A program made the translations under genes and the position numbers. This document shows positions 7,942-16,402 of a DNA stretch of 16,402 nt, piece by piece; position 1 is the stretch's first letter; each line of letters opens with the position of its first letter. The notes below the pieces were generated by a model. The model did not search any database, was not told the DNA's origin, and saw nothing but the letters and a program-made list of their open reading frames with translations. The DNA is from a virus. Its lineage: Duplodnaviria > Heunggongvirae > Uroviricota > Caudoviricetes. The stretch lies in IMG/VR virus record IMGVR_UViG_2681813262_000007. The stretch is one strand, 5' to 3'.

Positions 7942-9530
7942 AACGAACGCCTGTCCTGATTGATGTGAACGGCGTTCCGCTTCGTGAGAGTCTCAGCTAC
8001 AACGGGGGCGGCGCAGGATTTGGCGGGCAAATGGCGGAGTGGTTGCCACCGGCGCAGAGTGCCGATGCAGCCCTGCTGCCTGCGTTGCGTCTGGGGAATG
8101 CCCGGGCAGATGATCTGGTGCGCAATAACGGGATAGCGGCTAATGCGGTGGCCCTGCATAAGGATCATATTGTCGGGCATATGTTTCTGATCAGCTACCG
8201 TCCGAACTGGCGCTGGCTGGGGATGCGGGAGACTGCGGCAAAAAGTTTTGTCGATGAGGTGGAGGCGGCCTGGTCAGAATACGCAGAAGGGATGTTTGGC
8301 GAGATCGACGTGGAAGGGAAACGCACGTTTACGGAATTTATCCGTGAAGGTGTGGGCGTTCATGCGTTTAACGGCGAAATCTTTGTGCAGCCGGTCTGGG
8401 ATACGGAAACCACGCAGTTATTCCGTACGCGTTTTAAAGCCGTGAGTCCGAAACGGGTGGACACGCCAGGACGCGGTATCGGGAACCGTTTTCTGCGGGC
8501 CGGTGTGGAGGTTGATCGATATGGCCGTGCCGTTGCGTACCATATCTGTGAGGATGATTTTCCTCGCTCCGGGAGTGGACGATGGGAACGGATCCCGCGT
8601 GAACTACCCACCGGGCGTCCGGCCATGCTGCATATTTTCGAGCCGGTGGAGGACGGGCAGACCCGTGGAGCCAATCAGTTTTACAGCGTTATGGAACGGC
8701 TGAAGATGCTGGATTCCCTGCAGGCAACACAGCTTCAGTCGGCCATAGTGAAGGCGATGTATGCAGCGACGATTGAAAGTGACCTTGATACCGAAAAGGC
8801 CTTTGAATATATCGCCGGTGCGCCGCAGGGGCAGAAGGATAATCCGCTTATTAATATTCTGGATAAGTTCTCCACCTGGTATGACACGAATAGCGTGACG
8901 CTGGGCGGTGTCAAAATTCCGCACCTTTTCCCCGGTGATGATCTGAAACTTCAGACCGCGCAGGATTCAGACAATGGATTTTCGGCGCTTGAACAGGCGC
9001 TGCTGCGGTATATCGCCGCCGGTCTTGGCGTTTCCTACGAACAGTTGTCCCGTGATTACTCGAAGGTCAGTTACTCAAGTGCCCGCGCATCCGCCAATGA
9101 GTCGTGGCGCTATTTTATGGGGCGGCGAAAATTTATTGCGTCCCGGCTGGCCACGCAGATGTTTTCCTGCTGGCTGGAAGAGGCACTTCTTCGGGGGATT
9201 ATTCGTCCGCCACGGGCACGGTTTGATTTTTATCAGGCGCGATCAGCCTGGTCACGGGCTGAGTGGATTGGAGCCGGAAGAATGGCCATTGACGGGCTCA
9301 AGGAGGTTCAGGAATCAGTGATGCGCATTGAGGCCGGACTGAGCACGTATGAGAAAGAGCTGGCGCTGATGGGCGAGGATTATCAGGACATTTTCCGCCA
9401 GCAGGTCAGGGAATCTGCAGAGCGGGAAAAAGCCGGACTCTCACGTCCGGTGTGGATAGCGCAGGCGTATCAGCAGCAGATAGCGGAGAGTCGCAGGCCG
9501 GAAGAGGAGACAACACCACGTGAGACGTAA
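7938..9530 (+). CDS. B: Portal protein (gpB)
   Basis: 530 aa in the lambda gpB position and of matching size; ATGA overlap with the W stop. Confidence 0.9.
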   Translation: MKRTPVLIDVNGVPLRESLSYNGGGAGFGGQMAEWLPPAQSADAALLPALRLGNARADDLVRNNGIAANAVALHKDHIVGHMFLISYRPNWRWLGMRETAAKSFVDEVEAAWSEYAEGMFGEIDVEGKRTFTEFIREGVGVHAFNGEIFVQPVWDTETTQLFRTRFKAVSPKRVDTPGRGIGNRFLRAGVEVDRYGRAVAYHICEDDFPRSGSGRWERIPRELPTGRPAMLHIFEPVEDGQTRGANQFYSVMERLKMLDSLQATQLQSAIVKAMYAATIESDLDTEKAFEYIAGAPQGQKDNPLINILDKFSTWYDTNSVTLGGVKIPHLFPGDDLKLQTAQDSDNGFSALEQALLRYIAAGLGVSYEQLSRDYSKVSYSSARASANESWRYFMGRRKFIASRLATQMFSCWLEEALLRGIIRPPRARFDFYQARSAWSRAEWIGAGRMAIDGLKEVQESVMRIEAGLSTYEKELALMGEDYQDIFRQQVRESAEREKAGLSRPVWIAQAYQQQIAESRRPEEETTPRET

Positions 9531-11025
9531 TCTTTCACACATTATTGCAGCAGCATTCAATGAACCGCTGCTTCTGGAGCCCGCCTATGCGCGGGTTTTC
9601 TTTTGCGCGCTGGGGCGCGAGATGGGGGCAGCAAGTCTTTCGGTACCGCAACAGCAGGTACAGCTTGATGCTCCCGGGATGCTGGCTGAAACGGACGAGT
9701 ACATGGCCGGAGGTAAACGACCGGCCCGTGTTTACCGGGTGGTGAACGGTATTGCGGTACTGCCGGTGACCGGCACGCTGGTGCACCGGCTGGGGGGGAT
9801 GCGGCCATTTTCCGGAATGACTGGCTATGACGGCATTGTCGCCTGTCTTCAGCAGGCAATGGCAGATAGCCAGGTGCGGGGCATACTGCTGGACATTGAC
9901 AGTCCGGGCGGGCAGGCCGCCGGCGCGTTTGACTGCGCTGACATGATTTACCGCCTCCGGCAGCAGAAGCCGGTCTGGGCACTGTGTAATGACACGGCCT
10001 GTTCTGCGGCCATGCTGCTGGCGTCGGCCTGCTCCCGACGGCTGGTTACCCAGACATCCCGTATCGGTTCCATTGGCGTGATGATGAGCCATGTCAGCTA
10101 TGCCGGTCATCTGGCGCAGGCCGGTGTGGATATCACGCTGATTTACTCAGGGGCGCACAAGGTGGATGGCAATCAGTTTGAAGCGTTGCCGGCAGAGGTT
10201 CGCCAGGACATGCAGCAGCGGATTGATGCGGCGCGCCGGATGTTTGCCGAAAAAGTGGCGATGTTTACCGGTCTGTCTGTTGATGCAGTCACGGGAACAG
10301 AGGCCGCTGTTTTTGAAGGTCAGTCCGGCATTGAGGCCGGGCTGGCGGATGAATTAATCAATGCGTCGGATGCCATCAGTGTGATGGCCACGGCGCTGAA
10401 CAGTAATGTCAGAGGAGGCACTATGCCGCAATTAACTGCAACGGAAGCCGCCGTGCAGGAGAACCAGCGAGTGATGGGGATCCTGACATGCCAGGAAGCG
10501 AAAGGACGTGAACAGCTTGCCACGATGCTGGCAGGGCAACAGGGCATGAGCGTTGAACAGGCCCGGGCGATTCTGGCCGCGGCGGCACCGCAGCAGCCGG
10601 TGGCATCCGCGCAGAGTGAAGCCGATCGCATTATGGCGTGTGAAGAAGCGAACGGTCGTGAACAACTGGCGGCAACGCTGGCGGCGATGCCGGAGATGAC
10701 GGTGGAAAAAGCCCGCCCGATCCTGGCGGCTGCACCACTGGCGGATGCCGGGCCCTCACTTCGTGATCAGATCATGGCCCTGGATGAGGCAAAAGGGGCA
10801 GAAGCGCAGGCTGAAAAACTGGCGGCCTGCCCGGGAATGACCGTGGAGAACGCCCGGGCTGTGCTGGCTGCGGGATCAGGTAAGGCCGAACCGGTCTCTG
10901 CATCCACAACCGCCCTGTTTGAACATTTCATGGCGAATCATTCACCGGCAGCGGTGCGGGGTGGCGTGTCACAGACGTCAGCAGACGGTGATGCGGACGT
11001 GAAAATGCTCATGGCCATGCCATGA
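9520..11025 (+). CDS. C: Head maturation protease / minor capsid protein C (S49/ClpP-like peptidase) with an extended C-terminal scaffold region
   Basis: 501 aa; N-terminal 300 aa match lambda gpC (AFNEPLLLEPAYARVFFCAL, NGIAVLPVTGTLV, GILLDIDSPGG, RRLVTQTSRIGSIGVMM, ITLIYSGAHKVDGN). The C-terminus carries three tandem ~45-aa repeats. Confidence 0.9.
   Translation: MRRNLSHIIAAAFNEPLLLEPAYARVFFCALGREMGAASLSVPQQQVQLDAPGMLAETDEYMAGGKRPARVYRVVNGIAVLPVTGTLVHRLGGMRPFSGMTGYDGIVACLQQAMADSQVRGILLDIDSPGGQAAGAFDCADMIYRLRQQKPVWALCNDTACSAAMLLASACSRRLVTQTSRIGSIGVMMSHVSYAGHLAQAGVDITLIYSGAHKVDGNQFEALPAEVRQDMQQRIDAARRMFAEKVAMFTGLSVDAVTGTEAAVFEGQSGIEAGLADELINASDAISVMATALNSNVRGGTMPQLTATEAAVQENQRVMGILTCQEAKGREQLATMLAGQQGMSVEQARAILAAAAPQQPVASAQSEADRIMACEEANGREQLAATLAAMPEMTVEKARPILAAAPLADAGPSLRDQIMALDEAKGAEAQAEKLAACPGMTVENARAVLAAGSGKAEPVSASTTALFEHFMANHSPAAVRGGVSQTSADGDADVKMLMAMP
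10423..11025 (+). CDS. nu3: Scaffolding protein Nu3-like, translated in-frame from an internal start within C
   Basis: Internal ATG at 10423 preceded by a strong AGAGGAGG SD (10411-10418) with 4-nt spacing, analogous to lambda Nu3 nested in C; 200 aa including the three repeats. Confidence 0.6.
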   Translation: MPQLTATEAAVQENQRVMGILTCQEAKGREQLATMLAGQQGMSVEQARAILAAAAPQQPVASAQSEADRIMACEEANGREQLAATLAAMPEMTVEKARPILAAAPLADAGPSLRDQIMALDEAKGAEAQAEKLAACPGMTVENARAVLAAGSGKAEPVSASTTALFEHFMANHSPAAVRGGVSQTSADGDADVKMLMAMP

Positions 11026-11061
11026 AGTCAGTGCTGACCATCAATATGAGGTTTTAACAAA

Positions 11062-11409
11062 ATGGTGACGAAAACCATCACTGAACAGCGTGCGGAAGTA
11101 CGTATTTTTGCTGGTAATGATCCGGCTCATACCGCCACAGGCAGCAGCGGGATTTCTTCTGCAACACCGGCTCTGACGCCCCTGATGCTGGATGAAGCCA
11201 CCGGGAAACTGGTGGTCTGGGATGGACAGAAAGCCGGTAGTGCGGTTGGCATACTGGTACTGCCGCTTGAAGGCACAGAGACGGTGCTGACCTATTACAA
11301 GTCGGGGACCTTTGCGACGGAGGCAATCCGCTGGCCTGACAGTGTGGATGAACACAAAAAGGCAAATGCCTTTGCCGGCACAGCCCTGAGTCACGCGGCT
11401 CTGCCATAA
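11062..11409 (+). CDS. D: Head decoration protein (gpD)
   Basis: 115 aa; NDPAHTAT, TPLMLD, KLVVWDG, VGIL, YKSGTF, AFAGTA match lambda gpD. Confidence 0.9.
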   Translation: MVTKTITEQRAEVRIFAGNDPAHTATGSSGISSATPALTPLMLDEATGKLVVWDGQKAGSAVGILVLPLEGTETVLTYYKSGTFATEAIRWPDSVDEHKKANAFAGTALSHAALP

Positions 11410-11417
11410 CACGTTAT

Positions 11418-11437
11418 CAGGCCACCATGGTGGCCTG
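11418..11437. repeat. Perfect 20-bp palindrome (caggccaccatggtggcctg) in the D-E intergenic region
   Basis: Directly visible in the sequence; could form an RNA hairpin or protein-binding site. Confidence 0.5.
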
Positions 11438-11466
11438 ACTGATTTCTGAATGAAAGGAACTGATTT

Positions 11467-12495
11467 ATGGGATTGTTTACGACCCGCCAGTTACTCGGTT
11501 ATACCGAACAAAAAGTGAAATTCCGTGCGCTGTTTCTGGAGCTGTTTTTCCGCCGTACGGTGAATTTCCACACCGAAGAGGTGATGCTGGACAAAATTAC
11601 CGGAAAAACGCCGGTGGCGGCCTATGTCTCCCCGATCGTTGAAGGAAAAGTGCTTCGCCATCGCGGTGGTGAAACCCGCGTGTTACGTCCGGGCTACGTC
11701 AAGCCGAAACACGAATTTAATTACCAGCAGGCGGTTGAGCGCCTTCCTGGTGAAGATCCGGCTCAGCTGAACGACCCGGCCTACCGTCGTCTGCGTATCA
11801 TTACCGATAACCTCAAACAGGAAGAGCACGCCATTGTCCAGGTGGAAGAAATGCAGGCGGTGAATGCCGTGCTGTATGGCAAATACACCATGGAAGGGGA
11901 TCAGTTTGATACTGTCGAGGTGGATTTCGGGCGCTCTGAAGGAAATAACATTGAGCAGGCTGACGGTAAAAAATGGTCTGAGCAGGACCGTGATACGTTT
12001 GATCCGACGCATGATATTGACCTCTACTGCGATCAGGCCAGCGGCCTTGTGAATATCGCCATTATGGACGGTACGGTCTGGCGTCTGCTGAATGGCTTTA
12101 AGCTGTTCCGCGAAAAACTGGATACCCGTCGCGGCTCAAATTCACAACTCGAAACGGCAGTGAAAGATCTGGGCGCAGTGGTGTCCTTCAAGGGGTATTA
12201 CGGCGATCTGGCCATTGTGGTGGCGAAAACGTCTTATGTGGCAGAGGACGGTACCGAAAAACGTTATCTGCCGGAGGGCATGCTGGTGCTGGGGAATACG
12301 GCGGCAGAGGGGATTCGTTGCTATGGTGCCATTAAGGATGCACAGGCGTTGTCTGAAGGAGTGGTGGCTTCTTCCCGTTACCCGAAACACTGGCTGACCG
12401 TGGGCGATCCGTCCTGTGAATTCACCATGACGCAGTCCGCTCCGCTGATGGTGCTGCCGGATCCGGATGAGTTTGTGGTGGTACAGGTGAAATAA
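11467..12495 (+). CDS. E: Major capsid protein (gpE)
   Basis: 342 aa; YVSPIV, PGYVKPKHE, VEEMQAV, EKLDTRRGSNS-LETAVKDLG, MVLGNT, QSAPLM-L-DPDEFV-VQ match lambda gpE. Confidence 0.95.
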   Translation: MGLFTTRQLLGYTEQKVKFRALFLELFFRRTVNFHTEEVMLDKITGKTPVAAYVSPIVEGKVLRHRGGETRVLRPGYVKPKHEFNYQQAVERLPGEDPAQLNDPAYRRLRIITDNLKQEEHAIVQVEEMQAVNAVLYGKYTMEGDQFDTVEVDFGRSEGNNIEQADGKKWSEQDRDTFDPTHDIDLYCDQASGLVNIAIMDGTVWRLLNGFKLFREKLDTRRGSNSQLETAVKDLGAVVSFKGYYGDLAIVVAKTSYVAEDGTEKRYLPEGMLVLGNTAAEGIRCYGAIKDAQALSEGVVASSRYPKHWLTVGDPSCEFTMTQSAPLMVLPDPDEFVVVQVK

Positions 12496-12503
12496 TCCGT
12501 GAG

Positions 12504-12532
12504 CGGGGGCGAAATGCCCCCGTGTCTTTTTT
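12504..12532 (+). terminator. Terminator-like hairpin just after the major capsid gene
   Basis: 7-bp G/C stem cgggggc/gcccccg, 5-nt loop gaaat, followed by tgtctttttt. Confidence 0.5.
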
Positions 12533-12546
12533 CACAGGAGGCTGAG

Positions 12547-12930
12547 ATGGCAACAAAAGAAGAAAATCTGAATCGTCTTCGTCAACTGGCTGGCCTGCTG
12601 GGGCGCGAGGCGGATATGTCGGGGAGTGCTGCGGATATTGCTCAACGTGTGTCTGAGTGGGAAGAGGAGCTTGCTGTTTCCCCGGAGGGCATTATGCACT
12701 CTGATGAGAGCGGGGCTGATCAAAATCACACAGACGATGGTGAGCAGTTGAACAACACGGATGCTCCGGATGATGTTAAAGCCGTCCGGGTACGGAAGTG
12801 CCTGCAAGTAATGGGGTATTGCCCGGAGACAGGTCGTCCCGTTGAGCTGGCGTTACGGGGTATGCGTGTTCTGGTGCCATCATCACTGGCAACGGCCATG
12901 ATACAGCACGGAACGGCTGAATATGCGTGA
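12547..12930 (+). CDS. FI: DNA packaging / head assembly protein gpFI
   Basis: Position between E and FII; acidic central region as in lambda FI. ATG at 12547 with AGGAGG RBS chosen over the track's upstream GTG at 12499, which lies inside the terminator hairpin. Sequence similarity to lambda FI is weak. Confidence 0.7.
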   Translation: MATKEENLNRLRQLAGLLGREADMSGSAADIAQRVSEWEEELAVSPEGIMHSDESGADQNHTDDGEQLNNTDAPDDVKAVRVRKCLQVMGYCPETGRPVELALRGMRVLVPSSLATAMIQHGTAEYA

Positions 12931-13276
12931 TTTTCAGAATGCCTTTGATGCTGCCCTCGCCGGGGTAGACAGTACGATCGTTGAAGTGATGGGGCTCTGT
13001 GCGCAGTTCACCTCGGGGGCACAGTGTGGCAGCGAAGTTCAGGGGGTTTTTGACGATCCGGAGTCGCTGGGGTTTGCCGGTGGCGGGGTCCGTATTGAAG
13101 GAAGCAGCCCGTCATTATTTGTGCGGACGGATACGGTTCGTGCCGTGCGGCGTGGTGACACGCTGACCATTAATGGTGAGACATTCTGGGTGGATCGTGT
13201 TTCTCCGGATGACGGGGGCAGCTGTTATCTCTGGCTCAACCGTGGGCAACCACCCGCAGTTAACCGGCGACGATAA
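12923..13276 (+). CDS. FII: Head-tail joining protein gpFII
   Basis: 117 aa; GVFDDPE, GVRIEGSSPSLFVRTD, RRGDTLTI, FWVDRVSPDDGGSC-LWL-RG-PPAVNRRR match lambda gpFII. Confidence 0.9.
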   Translation: MRDFQNAFDAALAGVDSTIVEVMGLCAQFTSGAQCGSEVQGVFDDPESLGFAGGGVRIEGSSPSLFVRTDTVRAVRRGDTLTINGETFWVDRVSPDDGGSCYLWLNRGQPPAVNRRR

Positions 13277-13290
13277 ACGCAGGGTGAATT

Positions 13291-13866
13291 ATGGCGATAA
13301 AAGGGCTTGATCAGGCGATTGACAATCTGAGCCGGGTTCGTAAAAACGCCATTCCGGCTGCTTCTGCAATGACCATTAACCGCGTGGCCACAACGGCGAT
13401 TAATCAGTCTTCGTCACAGGTTGCCCGGGAAACCAGGGTGAGACGGAAACTGGTAAAGGAACGGTCCAGACTGAAACGGGCGACGGTCAGAAATCCGAAT
13501 GCCAGAATTATCGTTAACCGCGGTGATCTCCCTGTGATTAAGCTGGGGATCAGAATGCTGGGGCGTCGTCCGAACAGCATACTCAAAGCCGGTCAGCATC
13601 GTTATCAGCGGGCATTTATCCAGCGATTAAATAATGGGCGCTGGCATGTTATGCAACGTCTTCCCCAGGCCAGATATGAGGAGGGCAATGACGACAAGGG
13701 AAGGAAAAAGCGTAATCGCCTTCCCATTCAGGTGGTGAAAATCCCGATGGCGGCCCCACTGAAACAGGCATTTGATGAGAATGTTGACCGTATCCGGCGT
13801 GAACGCCTGCCTAAAGAACTGGCATACGCGCTGAAACAACAACTGAGGATTGCGATAAAACGATGA
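13291..13866 (+). CDS. Z: Tail completion protein gpZ
   Basis: 191 aa; MAIKGL, SQVARET-VRRKLVKER-RLKRATV-NP-ARI-VNRGDLPVIKLG, NGRWHVMQR, ERIRRERLPKEL match lambda gpZ. Confidence 0.9.
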   Translation: MAIKGLDQAIDNLSRVRKNAIPAASAMTINRVATTAINQSSSQVARETRVRRKLVKERSRLKRATVRNPNARIIVNRGDLPVIKLGIRMLGRRPNSILKAGQHRYQRAFIQRLNNGRWHVMQRLPQARYEEGNDDKGRKKRNRLPIQVVKIPMAAPLKQAFDENVDRIRRERLPKELAYALKQQLRIAIKR

Positions 13867-14258
13867 AACACACTGACATTCGTGCCGCAGTGCTGGATGC
13901 ACTCGAGCAGCATGAACACGGGGCGACGCTGTTTGATGGTCGCCCCGTTGTTTTTGACGAAGAGGATTTTCCTGCGATCGCGGTTTATCTGACGGATGCA
14001 GAGTATACCGGTGAAGAGCTGGATGCAGATACCTGGCGGGCCACGCTGCATATTGAGGTGTTTTTACCGGCACAGGTACCGGATTCAGAGCTTGATCAGT
14101 GGATGGAAAGCCGGATTTACCCGGCGATGACCGCGATCCCGGCACTGGCAGGACTGATTACCACGATGGTTACGCAGGGCTATGAGTATCGTCGTGATGA
14201 CGATATGGCGTTATGGAGTTCTGCAGATCTGACTTATTCCATTACATACGAGATGTGA
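13863..14258 (+). CDS. U: Tail terminator protein gpU
   Basis: 131 aa, near-identical in outline to lambda gpU ([65 protein letters not shown]). Confidence 0.95.
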   Translation: MKHTDIRAAVLDALEQHEHGATLFDGRPVVFDEEDFPAIAVYLTDAEYTGEELDADTWRATLHIEVFLPAQVPDSELDQWMESRIYPAMTAIPALAGLITTMVTQGYEYRRDDDMALWSSADLTYSITYEM

Positions 14259-14265
14259 GGACGAT

Positions 14266-15018
14266 ATGGCAACACCAAATCCCCTTGAGCCGGTAAAAGG
14301 TGCCGGCACCACTCTGTGGGTTTACAACGGCAAGGGTGATGCTTATGCAAACCCGTTGTCAGACGATGACTGGCAGCGACTGGCTAAGGTGAAGGATCTG
14401 ACGCCGGGCGAGATGACGGCAGAATCCTACGATGATAACTACCTGGATGATGAAGACGCGGACTGGACCGCGACCGGGCAGGGGCAGAAATCTGCAGGTG
14501 ATACCAGTTTTACGCTGGCCTGGAAACCGGGAGAGGAAGGCCAGAAAGGGCTTATAGGCTGGTTTGAAAGCGGCGATGTCCGGGCCTATAAAATCCGTTT
14601 TCCGAATGGCACGGTGGATGTGTTTCGTGGCTGGGTCAGCAGTATCGGTAAGGCCGTGACGGCGAAAGAAGTGATCACCCGCACGGTGAAAGTCACTAAC
14701 GTGGGTAAACCTTCTGTAGCGGAAGAACGCAGCAAAATTACGCCGGTCAGTGCGATTAAGGTGACGCCGACATCCGGTACGGTGGCAAAAGGGAAAACAA
14801 CCACCCTGACGGTTTCTTTTGAGCCGGAAAGTGCAACCGACAAGACGTTCAGAGCGGTTTCCGCCGATCCGTCGAAAGCCACCATTAGTGTGAAAGATAT
14901 GACAATTACGGTAAACGGCGTGGCGACAGGTAAGGTGCAGATCCCTGTGGTGAGCGGAAATGGTCAGTTCGCCGCAGTGGCTGAAGTCACCGTTACTGAA
15001 GCGGGCGCTGCAGGGTAA
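14266..15018 (+). CDS. V: Major tail tube protein gpV with C-terminal Ig-like (Big_2) domain
   Basis: 250 aa; [105 protein letters not shown] match lambda gpV. Confidence 0.95.
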   Translation: MATPNPLEPVKGAGTTLWVYNGKGDAYANPLSDDDWQRLAKVKDLTPGEMTAESYDDNYLDDEDADWTATGQGQKSAGDTSFTLAWKPGEEGQKGLIGWFESGDVRAYKIRFPNGTVDVFRGWVSSIGKAVTAKEVITRTVKVTNVGKPSVAEERSKITPVSAIKVTPTSGTVAKGKTTTLTVSFEPESATDKTFRAVSADPSKATISVKDMTITVNGVATGKVQIPVVSGNGQFAAVAEVTVTEAGAAG

Positions 15019-15031
15019 ACGGAGGTAATAC

Positions 15032-15463
15032 ATGTTTCTGAAAACAGAACAATTTGAATATAACGGTGTGTCTGTCACGCTTTCCGAATTGTCTGCGCTG
15101 CAGCGTATCGAGCATCTTGCCCTCCTGAAACGGCGTGCAGAACAGGCAGAATCCAGCGGCAACCTGCAGGTAAGCGTGGAAGATCTCGTCAGAACCGGCG
15201 CGTTTCTGGTGGCGATGTCCCTGTGGCATAACCATCCACAGAAAACGCAGTCACCGTCAATGAATGAGGCCGTGATGAAGATAGAGCAGGAAGTGCTCAC
15301 CACCTGGCCTGCCGATGCCATTGCCCGGGCGGAAGACGTGGTGTTGTGCCTGTCCGGGATGATCGAAGCTGTTCGTCCGGATACTGATATTACTGAAGTG
15401 GCGAAAAATAACACGCTGACTGATGATGATTTTTCTGCGGGAAAGTCTTCGACGGCGAGCTGA
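15032..15463 (+). CDS. G: Tail assembly chaperone gpG
   Basis: 143 aa; MFLKTE-FE-NGV-VTLSELSALQRIEHLAL-KR-AEQAES, TGAFLVAMSLWHNHPQKTQ-PSMNEAV--IEQEVLTTWP match lambda gpG. Confidence 0.95.
   Translation: MFLKTEQFEYNGVSVTLSELSALQRIEHLALLKRRAEQAESSGNLQVSVEDLVRTGAFLVAMSLWHNHPQKTQSPSMNEAVMKIEQEVLTTWPADAIARAEDVVLCLSGMIEAVRPDTDITEVAKNNTLTDDDFSAGKSSTAS
15439..15445 (+). other. Programmed -1 ribosomal frameshift slippery heptamer G GGA AAG, producing the G-T fusion
   Basis: The heptamer GGGAAAG sits in the G frame as gcG GGA AAG, identical to the lambda G/T slippery site. The downstream ORF (15490..15903) is in the -1 frame relative to G. Confidence 0.8.
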
Positions 15464-15489
15464 ACTTTGCCCTCAGACTGGCGCGTGAG

Positions 15490-15903
15490 ATGGGGAGACC
15501 CGACTGGCGCGCCATGCTTGCCGGGATGACATCCACCGAATATGCCGACTGGCACCGTTTTTACCGCACGCATTATTTTCAGGATACCCAGCTGGATATG
15601 CATTTTTCCGGGCTGACGTACGCTGTACTCAGCCTGTTTTTTTGCGATCCGGATATGCATCCCTCTGATTTCAGTCTGCTTGTCCCCCGGCATGAGGAAG
15701 AGCAGGTGGAGAGGCCGGATGAGGACAAAATGCTGATGCAGAAAGCGGCAGGACTTGCCGGAGGCGTCCGGTTCGGTGGGGACGGAGGGCGCGATATTTT
15801 ATCGTCTGCGGATGTGGCGGATGTCATGGTGGATGAAGCCGCATTAATGATGGCTTCAGCGGGGATTCCGGGAGGTGTGAGATATGTCCCAGCCGGTTGG
15901 TGA
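15490..15903 (+). CDS. T: gpT portion of the G-T frameshift fusion chaperone (expressed as G-T from 15032 through the -1 frameshift at 15439-15445)
   Basis: ORF in the -1 frame relative to G, following the conserved slippery site; position before the tape measure gene as in lambda. Confidence 0.8.
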   Translation: MGRPDWRAMLAGMTSTEYADWHRFYRTHYFQDTQLDMHFSGLTYAVLSLFFCDPDMHPSDFSLLVPRHEEEQVERPDEDKMLMQKAAGLAGGVRFGGDGGRDILSSADVADVMVDEAALMMASAGIPGGVRYVPAGW

Positions 15904-16402
15904 TCTTGTTATTGACCTGAGTCTGGATGCTGTCCGTTTCGATGAGCAGATGAGCCGGGTAAGGCGTCATTTTTCAGGTCTGGATACCGACGCCAGAAAA
16001 ACCGCCAGTGCTGTTGAACAGGGCCTGAGCCGCCAGGCGCTGGCTGCACAAAAAGCCGGGATTTCCGTCGGGCAGTATAAAGCGGCCATGCGAACCCTGC
16101 CCGCACAGTTTACGGATATCGCCACGCAGCTTGCCGGTGGTCAGAATCCCTGGCTGATCCTGCTGCAACAGGGCGGTCAGGTGAAGGACTCCTTCGGCGG
16201 GATGATCCCCATGTTCAGGGGGCTTGCCGGTGCGATCACCCTGCCGATGGTCGGGGTCACCTCGCTGGCGGTGGCGACAGGTGCGCTGGTGTACGCCTGG
16301 TACCAGGGAGATTCCACGCTTTCAGCGTTTAATAAAACGCTGGTCCTTTCCGGCAATCAGGCGGGACTGACGGCAGATCGTATGCTGGTCCTGTCCAGAG
16401 CC
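15883..16402 (+). CDS. H: Tail tape measure protein gpH, N-terminal 173 codons (continues beyond the window)
   Basis: ATG at 15883 with GGAGGTG RBS; MSQPVGDLVIDLSLDAVRFDEQMSRVRRHFSG...QALAAQKAGISVGQYKAAMR-LPAQFTD-ATQLAGGQ-PWLILLQQGGQVKDSFGGMIPMFRGLAGAITLPMVG closely matches the lambda gpH N-terminus. No stop before the window end. Confidence 0.9.

Noticed and set aside
9535-10110. 191-aa and 141-aa minus-strand ORFs
   Set aside because: Antisense within the C protease gene; Pro/Arg/Ala-rich composition typical of spurious antisense frames.
14359-15693. 444-aa minus-strand ORF
   Set aside because: Entirely antisense to the V, G and T genes, which have strong lambda homology. The predicted protein is Arg/Cys/His-rich low-complexity sequence typical of antisense ORFs in GC-rich coding DNA.
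1-16402. CRISPR arrays, rRNA or integrase/attachment sites
   Set aside because: No regularly spaced direct repeats, rRNA-like sequence, or integrase gene is present; the window covers only the late region of the prophage.

Overview
This window is the late region of a lambdoid (lambda-like) prophage of an enterobacterial host, all on the + strand, read entirely by eye from the sequence and ORF track. Left to right: the outward end of an IS3-family insertion sequence (1-125, minus strand), a ~530-bp structured non-coding region, a NanS-p-type sialate O-acetylesterase moron (660-2441), a lysis cassette with a phage-21/Stx-phage-type pinholin and SAR endolysin plus Rz/Rz1 spanins, a lambda-type cos site (cosN ~5122-5133, cosB R3-I1-R2-R1), and then a head and tail gene block collinear with lambda Nu1-A-W-B-C/Nu3-D-E-FI-FII-Z-U-V-G/T-H (H runs off the window). 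No complete multi-gene defence or toxin system is evident. The features not explained by the lambda template are accessory loci inside the lysis cassette: a 116-aa unknown gene between holin and endolysin, and four tightly packed tiny hydrophobic peptide ORFs between endolysin and Rz, two of them paralogous. Also unusual are a tandemly triplicated ~45-aa module in the C/Nu3 scaffold region and the IS end sitting where Q/pR' or toxin genes would be expected. Homology statements are from remembered protein families and lambda sequences, not from database searches.
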